This document shows positions 19,998 through 28,493 of a stretch of DNA of 64,000 bases, in pieces. Made by a program: the position numbers and the translations under genes. Position 1 is the stretch's first letter. Each line of letters begins with the position of its first letter. Under the pieces are notes generated by a model, which saw only the letters and a list, made by a program, of their open reading frames with translations, was not told where the DNA came from and did not search any database. The stretch spans positions 448,001 through 512,000 of the forward strand of contig OY781092.1 in the NCBI GenBank assembly GCA_963676615.1. The letters run 5' to 3'. Source of the stretch: Candidatus Cloacimonadota bacterium (lineage in GTDB: Bacteria; Cloacimonadota; Cloacimonadia; G963667145).

Positions 19998-20132
19998 TGT
20001 GTACAACACGCAATAAAAAACATATGGCGGAAAGTGCTAAATTTGAACGATATAACATTTAATAAACGGCTCGGTAACTTGAAAGGTAGGTTCTTCGAAG
20101 TGCCCTACGTTTCTTATTGTCACCCGTTAGCC
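19998..20132 (+). promoter_or_regulatory. attC site closing the integron cassette
   Basis: R'' TGTGTACAAC (19998-20007) is the exact reverse complement of cassette-start GTTGTACACA (18931-18940); inner arms CAATAAAAAACATATGGC / GCCCTACGTTTCTTATTG; R' GTTAGCC at 20126. Confidence 0.8.
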
Positions 20133-20140
20133 AAAATGTA

Positions 20141-20373
20141 AAAAATACTTGCTACGATAGCCGTTGCTTTGTTGTTCGAGCTTTTGTTTCCCGCCATAAA
20201 AGCCTGTCTTTCCAGCTTCATAAGGCTGTTAAAAACGAACTCGATCAATTTATTCGCGCCTTAATCGTTGACATTTTCGTCCAAAATTTTTTGTAGTTGA
20301 CTTGCGTTAAATCGCATAAGAATCTCCTTTTTTGTTCTTTTTTTATGAAAATTGGAGATTCTTTTTTTTGTGT
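20141..20373 (-). pseudogene. Degenerate partial copy of the IS256 (5' part of the transposase and its leader)
   Basis: Near-identical to about 18167-18400, with an in-frame TAA replacing TAT, indels, and no terminal inverted repeat. Confidence 0.9.
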
Positions 20374-20481
20374 TTGCAATAAAAAAAGATACAACACTTC
20401 CCAAATCCAAGAAAAACCTAGCAAAAAAGTCTTTAATAAAAATAATGGCGATAATTCGCTTAACAAATAAAAAAGGGAAAA

Positions 20482-21750
20482 ATGAAATTTAAAGATTTAA
20501 AACTAATTCCTCCCATACTCAAAGCTTTGAGTGAGGAAAATTATATCGAGCCGACTTTAATTCAAGCCAAATCGATTCCCCTGATTTTGAACAGGGAAGA
20601 TGTTTTGGGCAGTGCCCAAACAGGGACGGGGAAGACGGCGGCTTTTGCTATTCCGATTATTCAACATTTAGTGGGCGAGTCGCAAAAGACTAAGGGCAGG
20701 CGAAAAATTTTGTCTTTGGTCATCACTCCCACTAGGGAATTGGCGATTCAGATCGGCGAGAGCTTTAGCACTTATGGCAGACACACCAGCGTCAAAAATA
20801 CGGTGGTTTTTGGCGGTGTGCCTCAAGGCTCACAAACCAGAGCTTTGCAGAAAGGGGTAGATGTGTTAGTGGCAACTCCAGGGCGTTTGTTAGACTTGAT
20901 GACGCAAGGTTTTATCTCGCTTGCGGATATCAAATATTTCGTGCTGGACGAGGCAGATCGGATGCTGGATATGGGGTTTATTCACGATATCAAGAAGATA
21001 ATCGCCAAGTTGCCCGTGAAGCGTCAGACCTTGTTTTTCTCGGCAACTATGCCCCCGAATATCATCAAGCTTTCCCAGCAACTTCTGGTTAACCCCAAAA
21101 AAGTGTCTGTAAATCCGACCTCTTCGACGGCTGACACTATACAACAATATTTATACACCACCAACAAAGACAAGAAGAAGGAGCTGCTTTTTCACATCTT
21201 GGAAAACCATAAAATAGAGCAGGTTTTGCTTTTTTCCAGAACCAAGCACGGGGCAAATCGTATTGTAAAAAATCTGCACAGGAAAAAAATCAACGCCGCT
21301 GCTATCCATGGCGATAGGTCTCAAAATCAGCGCCAAAAAGCTTTGCGTGACTTCAAAGATGGGCAACTAAGGGTGCTGGTTGCCACAGACATCGCAGCGC
21401 GAGGAATAGATATCGACAAGCTGCGCTATGTAATCAACTACGATATCCCCAACGAGCCGGAAACTTATGTCCATAGGATTGGGCGCTGTGGTAGAGCTGG
21501 GGAGCAGGGCATCGCCATCTCTATGTGTGAGCCAGAAGAGAACGCTTATGTCAAAGATATCCAAAAGCTTATCAAGCAAAAAATTCAGATTTCTGACGAC
21601 AACCCTTTTCCTCAGACCGATAGACCGATGAACGCTGCCGAAAAAAAAGAGCAAAACAAAGAGAAGCAGCGTAGAAAAGAGGAGTTTTTTGCCAATCGCA
21701 ACAAGAAAAGAGGTGCGCAAAACCCTAGCTACCGCCGAGGCAAAAACTAA
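20482..21750 (+). CDS. DEAD-box RNA helicase (RhlE-like)
   Basis: Q motif, AQTGTGKT, PTRELA, TPGRL, DEAD, SAT, ARGID, HRIGRCGR, basic C-terminal tail. Confidence 0.95.
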   Translation: MKFKDLKLIPPILKALSEENYIEPTLIQAKSIPLILNREDVLGSAQTGTGKTAAFAIPIIQHLVGESQKTKGRRKILSLVITPTRELAIQIGESFSTYGRHTSVKNTVVFGGVPQGSQTRALQKGVDVLVATPGRLLDLMTQGFISLADIKYFVLDEADRMLDMGFIHDIKKIIAKLPVKRQTLFFSATMPPNIIKLSQQLLVNPKKVSVNPTSSTADTIQQYLYTTNKDKKKELLFHILENHKIEQVLLFSRTKHGANRIVKNLHRKKINAAAIHGDRSQNQRQKALRDFKDGQLRVLVATDIAARGIDIDKLRYVINYDIPNEPETYVHRIGRCGRAGEQGIAISMCEPEENAYVKDIQKLIKQKIQISDDNPFPQTDRPMNAAEKKEQNKEKQRRKEEFFANRNKKRGAQNPSYRRGKN

Positions 21751-21778
21751 ATAAAGTTTCAAATTTTTATGAAAAATT

Positions 21779-21804
21779 GACGCCTTTTTTTGAGGGCGTT
21801 TTTT
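21779..21804 (+). terminator. Probable intrinsic terminator
   Basis: GACGCCTT...AGGGCGTT followed by a T run after the helicase stop. Confidence 0.6.
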
Positions 21805-21873
21805 CCTATTTGTTATTTTTTTGAATAAATTTTAGTCTGCGAGCATTTAAAGTAGATAAAAAGGAGTTTTTTT

Positions 21874-22188
21874 ATGTCATCAACTCAGGATTTTGTAGAT
21901 TTTGTTGTCGGACAGATTGACAGCAGTCAGCCGATCTCTTATCGCAAGATGTTTGGCGAATACGCACTTTATTGTGGAGGCAAAGTTGTGGCGCTTATTT
22001 GCGATAATCAGCTTTTTGTAAAGCCGACTAAAGCAGGCAGAACTTTTATCGGAGAGCCAGAAGAAGCGCCAGCATACAAAGGCGCTAAGCCTAGTTTTTT
22101 GATAACAGACGAGCTCGAAGACCGAGATTGGATAAGTCAGTTGATCGAAATTACAGCGCAGGAGCTACCGCTGCCGAAAAAAAGGTAA
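21874..22188 (+). CDS. TfoX/Sxy N-terminal domain protein
   Basis: YRKMFGEYALY..GKVVALICDNQLFVKPT. Confidence 0.88.
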   Translation: MSSTQDFVDFVVGQIDSSQPISYRKMFGEYALYCGGKVVALICDNQLFVKPTKAGRTFIGEPEEAPAYKGAKPSFLITDELEDRDWISQLIEITAQELPLPKKR

Positions 22189-22303
22189 CGGATCTTTTTT
22201 CGGTTGACTGAATAAGGAGAAAGCCTTTGCTTCTATATGTTTTTTTGTTGACGATAAGAATTTGATTACTTTTTTGGTTTAAATATTGATAACGACGGAG
22301 ATT

Positions 22304-22855
22304 ATGAAGAAGATTAAAAACAAAATGGATAAAGATATTGATAAGCTTTTGGTGGCGAAATCTGAGCAAATAAAGAAGCTCCAAGAGATTGTTAAAAAGG
22401 CGATCGAAGAGGAGACTTTGATCACGAACGACCTTTTGGCAGATCATCGAGAGACGCTCACCAAGGGTCAGTCTATTTCGGATAATGTTGCAAAATTTGG
22501 CGGAAGCTGGGCGTTTATAATCTCATTTCTTTTTGTACTGGTCGCTTGGATTCTTTTTAACACGCTAACGCCCAAAAAGGATATTTTTGACCCGTATCCC
22601 TTTATTTTGATGAACCTTATCCTTTCGTGCATCGCTGCTTTACAGGCGCCAATAATTATGATGAGCCAAAATAGGCAGGAAGAAAAAGACAGAAAAAGAG
22701 CTGAAAACGACTATTTGGTGAACCTAAAGGCGGAGCTAGAGATAAAAGCTTTGAACCAAAAAATTGAACTTTTAATTCAGGAGCAAATTCAGACTTTGTT
22801 TGAGAGCCAAGAGATACAACTGGCTATCCTAAAGAAGCTTGAGAAAAAGTTGTAG
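22304..22855 (+). CDS. DUF1003 family membrane protein
   Basis: D.VAKFGGSWAFI...FDPYPFILMNLILSCIAALQAPIIMMSQNRQ...D; start uncertain. Confidence 0.88.
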   Translation: MKKIKNKMDKDIDKLLVAKSEQIKKLQEIVKKAIEEETLITNDLLADHRETLTKGQSISDNVAKFGGSWAFIISFLFVLVAWILFNTLTPKKDIFDPYPFILMNLILSCIAALQAPIIMMSQNRQEEKDRKRAENDYLVNLKAELEIKALNQKIELLIQEQIQTLFESQEIQLAILKKLEKKL

Positions 22856-22876
22856 CTAAAAATTTTGGGAGGAAAA

Positions 22877-24241
22877 CTGAAGCGAAAATTTTTATTTTTA
22901 TCAGCTATCTTTTTGCTGATATTTTGCTTTGGATGTGTATCTTCGGGGAATGTTGTAGAAGATGCCGATATTCCAGAGATTACTAATTTTGAAAACCAGA
23001 AGCCAAGTGTTTTTGCCTCTTACGAGCTCATTTCTGTAGATAAAAAACAAGTGAAATTGAAGATGGAGTCCACCGATATTGATGGCGAGGTTGAGCTTTA
23101 TATCGCCGTTTTTCGCTCCGAATACGAAAATTGGAAAGACTCGGTTTCTTTTGCCGAAAACGAAAAGAGCTTTACGCTGCCCTACAAAGGCGATTACACG
23201 GTCAATTACTACGCTATCGACAACGAAAATTACATCAGTGACAAGCGAAGCTTTTCTTTCAATATCCCGCAAAAATCGCCCGTTTTGGCAGCTGATCTTC
23301 GCATCGATGGACAAAGCGTGTCGGCAGATAACCTCGCAGGCTATGCCCCAGCTGAGCTGAGCGTCGATTTGAGCAGCTCGACTGCGGGAGAAGCTCAAGA
23401 GCTTGAATATTACATCGATTTTGGCGACGGCGAAGTGAGCTATAACAGCTCGGCAGCGCATAGCTACGCTAACGAAGGCTCATACACGCTAACTTTGGCG
23501 GTGAAAGATGACCAGCTCGATGGCGTGACGATCAGTAAAACTTATGATGTGAACATCACCACGGCAGAAGCTCCGACTGTGTATATCAACAGCAATGGCT
23601 CGACATTTCATCTGGGCGATACGCTGCAGCTTTCGGCAAATATCTTTGCAGATGAGGGAGTAGAAATAAAATCGGTTGAGTGGCAAAAATCGATCGGCGA
23701 AGATATTTTTGAGTTTCTTTCTTATGAAAATTCAACATCGTATTACTGCAACGAGTTTGTGGGCGCAGGCAAAATAAAGCTGATTGTTACCGACGACAAA
23801 GGTAACAAAGTTAGCAAGGTTTTCAGCTTTGAGGTGCTCAATCGGGTGCCGAGCTTGCAGTATATCAAGCTCGATGAGGAGAGTTTGGAGAAGGTAAGCT
23901 CGAGTGATATAAGATATAGAGCTTTAGAAGAAACGAAATATCTTTCATATGAGTCGTTTACGACAGGAATATACAGTTTTGAATTATCGGGATTTTCCCA
24001 CGAAGATACAGAAGTGGTTAACCCAAACGGGAATGCTTGTGACTATTCCAAGTTTAAATACACGGTGATTTTTTATCCAGAAAGTGGTGATGAAGTTATT
24101 ACGGAATTTGGCGAAACGAGTAATCCAAATTTAAGTAATCTTGATTGTAATAAAAAGGGGCTTTATAAGGTTTTTTTAACTTTTAGAGATAGTTATATAT
24201 CAATAGAAAATCAATATATTAGTTGTTTGAGAATAAAATAA
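22877..24241 (+). CDS. PKD/Ig-like domain lipoprotein
   Basis: Lipobox FCFG-C; PKD motif YYIDFGDGE....HSYANEGSYTLTLAVKD; probable CTG start after GGAGG (track uses TTG at 22865). Confidence 0.75.
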   Translation: MKRKFLFLSAIFLLIFCFGCVSSGNVVEDADIPEITNFENQKPSVFASYELISVDKKQVKLKMESTDIDGEVELYIAVFRSEYENWKDSVSFAENEKSFTLPYKGDYTVNYYAIDNENYISDKRSFSFNIPQKSPVLAADLRIDGQSVSADNLAGYAPAELSVDLSSSTAGEAQELEYYIDFGDGEVSYNSSAAHSYANEGSYTLTLAVKDDQLDGVTISKTYDVNITTAEAPTVYINSNGSTFHLGDTLQLSANIFADEGVEIKSVEWQKSIGEDIFEFLSYENSTSYYCNEFVGAGKIKLIVTDDKGNKVSKVFSFEVLNRVPSLQYIKLDEESLEKVSSSDIRYRALEETKYLSYESFTTGIYSFELSGFSHEDTEVVNPNGNACDYSKFKYTVIFYPESGDEVITEFGETSNPNLSNLDCNKKGLYKVFLTFRDSYISIENQYISCLRIK

Positions 24242-24258
24242 AAAGGGAGAAATTAAGA

Positions 24259-24351
24259 ATGAAAAAATTTTTTGTGTTTTTGATGAGTGTTTGCTTGCTT
24301 TTGCTTGGATGTTTGGCGTTAAAAAGGAAAGAAGAAGAGGTGGAAAAATGA
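24259..24351 (+). CDS. Tiny putative lipoprotein or remnant, MKKFFVFLMSVCLLLLGCLALKRKEEEVEK
   Basis: AAGGGAG RBS, signal-peptide-II pattern with LLG-C, ATGA overlap with the next gene. Confidence 0.45.
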   Translation: MKKFFVFLMSVCLLLLGCLALKRKEEEVEK

Positions 24352-24569
24352 AGAAATGCCCTTTTTGTGCAGAAGAGATAGCAGACGAAGCTATAAAATG
24401 CAAGCATTGCGGAGAGTTTTTGGACAAAGATCAAGAAACTCCTGAGCCTCCAAAAACAACAGAGCAGCCAAAACAAGAGGCGAAGCCTAAAGAAGAAAAG
24501 AGCAACCTTTTGCCAATCATAATCTTGTTGGCGGTAATCGCCTTTATTCTCCTTTTTGTAGCGATGTAA
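24348..24569 (+). CDS. Zinc-ribbon domain membrane protein
   Basis: MKKCPFCAEEI..EAIKCKHCGEFL followed by a linker and a C-terminal TM helix. Confidence 0.8.
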   Translation: MKKCPFCAEEIADEAIKCKHCGEFLDKDQETPEPPKTTEQPKQEAKPKEEKSNLLPIIILLAVIAFILLFVAM

Positions 24570-24911
24570 ATGTCGCAACGCTCTTGTGCAATTTGGTTGG
24601 GGGCAGTTTTTCTTTTTTTGGGAAATCAGCTTTTTGAAAAATTTGGGCAAAGGGTTGGTTTTCTGGCTTCCTATGCCGACGATTTTTTATTTTTCCCAGT
24701 CACACTACCGTTTTGCGTTATGGTTTTAAAGAAAAAATTTAATCTAAAAACCAAACTAAGCTTTACCCAGTGCGTGATTGTTTTTTCTGTCTTTGGCGCA
24801 CTTTTTGAGTGTGTATTTCCTTTGCTTAACTCCAATTATGTTTTTGATCCTTACGATTTTATCGCATATTTTGCGGGGATTTTGTTTTATTATCAATTTA
24901 TTCGTAGTTGA
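24570..24911 (+). CDS. Small hypothetical membrane protein
   Basis: Hydrophobic segments; Y.DDFLFFPV...FE..FP......DPYDFIAY..G pattern. Confidence 0.6.
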   Translation: MSQRSCAIWLGAVFLFLGNQLFEKFGQRVGFLASYADDFLFFPVTLPFCVMVLKKKFNLKTKLSFTQCVIVFSVFGALFECVFPLLNSNYVFDPYDFIAYFAGILFYYQFIRS

Positions 24912-24937
24912 ATATTTTTTTTTCTAAAGAGGCAAAA

Positions 24938-25690
24938 ATGAAAAAAATATTTAGTTTGCTTTTTCTGTGTTTGGCAATTGGTTTTGGCTTTGCCAGCCCG
25001 CTGAACAGCAGTGATATCAAAAATGTGGACACTTTTATTCATCTTGTTAAAACAGGCGATGTGAATCAGCTAAAGAAAATGGTCGATTATCCGCTGGCTC
25101 GCAGGTATCCAATCCCGAGCGTTAAAAATCAAGCCGAATTTGTGCGGCGATACAGCCAGATTTTTGACGATTCGCTGGTGAATATGATTGTGAACTCTTC
25201 CCCAGAAAAAAATTGGGACGAAATGGGATGGCGGGGGATTATGCTGGACGACGGCATAATATGGCTCGATTTTGGCGGCGATTTAAAAGCGGTGAATTAT
25301 ATGTCGAAGTTTGAAGCCGAGGAGCGAAAAAGGCTCATCCAAAAAATTAAAGACGAAATTTATCCTAGCTTAAGCAATATTTTGCGACCGATTTTGGTAA
25401 TGGAAACGAAAAAATTTCGAGTCAGAATTGATAGAACCACCAACGGAAATCTTCGCTACGCTTCGTGGAATATAAACACGCCGATGAGCCAAAAGCCAGA
25501 GCTGGTAATAGACAGCGGCAGAGTGGTTTACGAGGGCAGCAGCGGCAATCACACCTACTATTTCAAACGCGGAAACTACAGCTACAATTGCTCGATAAAC
25601 ATCATCGGCAAAACCGACACGCCTGCATTTTTGGAGGTGTATCACAACGGAAAACAGATTTTGGATCAGCCTGCGAATTTGGTCGATTAA
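24938..25690 (+). CDS. Secreted hypothetical protein
   Basis: Signal peptide MKKIFSLLFLCLAIGFGFA; WRGIML..G.IW motif; RBS AGAGG. Confidence 0.7.
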   Translation: MKKIFSLLFLCLAIGFGFASPLNSSDIKNVDTFIHLVKTGDVNQLKKMVDYPLARRYPIPSVKNQAEFVRRYSQIFDDSLVNMIVNSSPEKNWDEMGWRGIMLDDGIIWLDFGGDLKAVNYMSKFEAEERKRLIQKIKDEIYPSLSNILRPILVMETKKFRVRIDRTTNGNLRYASWNINTPMSQKPELVIDSGRVVYEGSSGNHTYYFKRGNYSYNCSINIIGKTDTPAFLEVYHNGKQILDQPANLVD

Positions 25691-25705
25691 ACAAAAGGAA
25701 AACAG

Positions 25706-26953
25706 ATGATTTTGTATTTATTGATTTTTTTGATAGTTCTTAACTGCCTGGGTTTTGTGGTGTTATGGCAAAAGAAACCGAAAATTGAGTGGGGCGACTC
25801 TTTGCAAAAAATGCAAAACTCTTTGGCGGAGCTAAAAATTAGCTTGGAGATTATCGAAAAATCGAACAAAGACGCTTTTGCTCTGGCACGGAGCGAGGCA
25901 AGCGCTGCCGCTAAAGATAATCGTCAGGAGCTTCAAAAATCGCTGGAGGTTTTCCAAAAAAGTTTCGTGGGCGAGATTAAGGAGATTGCGGGCGTTATCG
26001 ACAAGCAGCTCAGGTGGATACGCGACGACAGCACAAAGCAGCTTGAGCAGATTCGCAAGACGGTCGATGAGAAGTTGCAGACGACGCTGGAGAAAAAAAT
26101 CGGCGAGTCTTTTCGGCAAGTTTCGTTGCGGCTGGAGCAGGTGCACAAAGGGCTTGGCGAGATGCAGACGATTGCCAGCGGAGTTGGTGACTTAAAAAAA
26201 GTGTTGAGCAATGTCAAGACTCGTGGAGTTTTGGGCGAGTATCAGCTGGAAAATATTTTGGAGCAGATTTTGACGCCGAACCAATACGCAAAAAATGTGG
26301 CGACCAAAAAAGGCTCGCAAGGCGTTGTGGAGTTTGCCATTAAACTGCCCGGCAAAGATTCTGACAAGAGCGTTTGGCTACCCATCGATTCCAAATTTCC
26401 TATCGAAGATTACAATTTGCTTTTGGATGCTTATGAACGCGCCAACAAGGCGGAAATTCAGATGGCGCAAAATGTGCTGCTGCGCAAGATCGAGAGCTTT
26501 GCCAAAGACATTAGCGCAAAATATCTTGATCCGCCGAACACGACCGATTTTGGAGTGATGTTTTTGCCGATTGAGGGGCTTTATGCCGAGGTTTTGCGGC
26601 ATCCGGGACTGTTTGACACTTTGCAAAGGAAATACAAAATCACTATCACAGGTCCAACGACGCTCTCGGCGCTGCTCAGCAGTTTGCAGATGGGCTTTCG
26701 GACGCTGGCTGTGCAAAAAAGAAGTAGTCAAGTTTGGGACATCCTCAAGAGCGTGAAGCAGGAGTTTGGGCAGTTCACCTCGATGCTGCAAAGGGCGCAC
26801 AAGCAGCTGGGGACAGCCTCTGGCACGCTGGAATCGCTGATAACTACTCGCACGAATGTGATGGAGCGCAAACTTCGCAATGTGGAGAGTTTCGACGAAT
26901 TTCCACAGGAGCAAATTTTGAAAATATCTGAGCTAACAGAAGAAAAAAATTAA
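25706..26953 (+). CDS. rmuC: DNA recombination protein RmuC
   Basis: N-terminal TM and coiled coil, KTRGVLGEYQLE, LPIDSKFP, KYLDPPNTTDFGVMFLP.EGLYAE. Confidence 0.93.
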   Translation: MILYLLIFLIVLNCLGFVVLWQKKPKIEWGDSLQKMQNSLAELKISLEIIEKSNKDAFALARSEASAAAKDNRQELQKSLEVFQKSFVGEIKEIAGVIDKQLRWIRDDSTKQLEQIRKTVDEKLQTTLEKKIGESFRQVSLRLEQVHKGLGEMQTIASGVGDLKKVLSNVKTRGVLGEYQLENILEQILTPNQYAKNVATKKGSQGVVEFAIKLPGKDSDKSVWLPIDSKFPIEDYNLLLDAYERANKAEIQMAQNVLLRKIESFAKDISAKYLDPPNTTDFGVMFLPIEGLYAEVLRHPGLFDTLQRKYKITITGPTTLSALLSSLQMGFRTLAVQKRSSQVWDILKSVKQEFGQFTSMLQRAHKQLGTASGTLESLITTRTNVMERKLRNVESFDEFPQEQILKISELTEEKN

Positions 26954-27016
26954 GTAAAACTGTTGACTGCCTTGGCTTATTTTGGACTAAGATAACACGC
27001 TAAGGAGTTTATTTTT

Positions 27017-28471
27017 ATGAAAAAAATAGTATTGTTTGTATTTTTAGCTTTGCCAATTTTTCTTTTGGCAGAGGGTAACAGTTTTGTGGCAAAAGGCGGA
27101 ATCGGCTCGATAACGCTAAATGACCAAGTTTACAATCGTGTTTCGCTGTATCCAGAGCTGTCGGTGTGGAAGTTTGCGTTGGGTCTAGACATTGAACTTC
27201 TGTTTGATAAAGACGGCAAAATTTACAAAAAAGATTGGGAAGACGCCGAAGATTATGTGAACAAAATTCTTTATTTTCGTTTTGCACAAAGGGGCGACCC
27301 TTTCTATTTTTTGATGGGAAATATCAGTTCATACACCTTGGGTAAAGGACTGATTATGCAAGATTATTGCAACGATTTGCTCTATCCAGACGAGCGCAAA
27401 CTGGGGGCGATGGTTGGTTTTAATGTAGCAAATTGGTCGGCAGAATTTTTCTCGGCAGATGTAATCGAAAACGACATTTTGGCGGCAAGAGTTGCCTACT
27501 CTCCTATCAGCAGGTTACAAATTGGTGTTTCTGGAGCGGCAGATTTAGACCAATACAACGGCATCAGCGACCAAGACGGCGACAATTTTCCCGATATTTA
27601 CGACGATTTCCCAAACGACGAAAATTATTACGATAAATACCAAAAAGACAAAACCGCTTTGCGAGAAGCGTGGATCAAAAAGTTTGGCGACGATAGCGGT
27701 TTTGAGGACTATTTCAACGACCTTCTCGCCGAGAGCGATCACAAAAAATTGGACGAGCTAAAAAAGAGCGAAGACGGCAAAAAAGAGGTGTATGAGGTTG
27801 GCGCCGATTACACGGTTGACATCTATCGAGGTCGCTCACTATTTTTGCAACATTACGGCGAGGTCGCTCACATTGTAGATCACGGCTATGGCTTTGTTTT
27901 CCCTGGATTTATCGCCAAGTTTTTCATTTTCGATTTGAACGCTGGATTTAGACATTACGGCAAAGAGTTTACCGCTCCTTATTTTGGGCATCTCTACGAT
28001 CAGAACAGAGTGGAAGTGACCAAAGTGGGCGATAGCGCAGTTATCGTGACCAAAGAGGAGCAACTGGATAACCTCAAAGCTGCTAACGGTTGGCAGGCAA
28101 CTTTGACCAGCGATTTTTTCGGCGTGATGGATCTGAAGGTCAGCTACAACAATATGCACTACGACGACGACAAGCTTGCTCATCAAAATATCCAAGGAAT
28201 TGAAGGGGTTTTGAGTCTTAGACCCAATGTCGTTCCCAAAATTTCTACCGCTTACATTAAATATTCTCAAGAGAACGAACCGAAACTTTTTGAACATTGG
28301 AAAACGGAAACGACCTACATCGAGGGTAAAGTTGGATTGGAACTAACCGCTTCCACGAGCGTAAATTGGCTTTACACGGAAAGATACAAAGACCTCAACG
28401 GCGACGGAAAAATAAGCGGCAGAGACGAGACTATCTCCAATGTGAGCTTCGGCGTTGAGATGACATTTTAG
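27017..28471 (+). CDS. Putative outer-membrane beta-barrel protein with Ca-binding-like DxDxD motifs
   Basis: Signal peptide, amphipathic strands, DQDGDNFPD and DLNGDG motifs, terminal Phe. Confidence 0.6.
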   Translation: MKKIVLFVFLALPIFLLAEGNSFVAKGGIGSITLNDQVYNRVSLYPELSVWKFALGLDIELLFDKDGKIYKKDWEDAEDYVNKILYFRFAQRGDPFYFLMGNISSYTLGKGLIMQDYCNDLLYPDERKLGAMVGFNVANWSAEFFSADVIENDILAARVAYSPISRLQIGVSGAADLDQYNGISDQDGDNFPDIYDDFPNDENYYDKYQKDKTALREAWIKKFGDDSGFEDYFNDLLAESDHKKLDELKKSEDGKKEVYEVGADYTVDIYRGRSLFLQHYGEVAHIVDHGYGFVFPGFIAKFFIFDLNAGFRHYGKEFTAPYFGHLYDQNRVEVTKVGDSAVIVTKEEQLDNLKAANGWQATLTSDFFGVMDLKVSYNNMHYDDDKLAHQNIQGIEGVLSLRPNVVPKISTAYIKYSQENEPKLFEHWKTETTYIEGKVGLELTASTSVNWLYTERYKDLNGDGKISGRDETISNVSFGVEMTF

Positions 28472-28493
28472 TAAGAAAAAATAAGGAATAAAA

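Noticed and set aside
20245..20466. 73-aa ORF on the minus strand
   Set aside because: Out-of-frame translation of the degenerate IS256 fragment and adjacent intergenic DNA.
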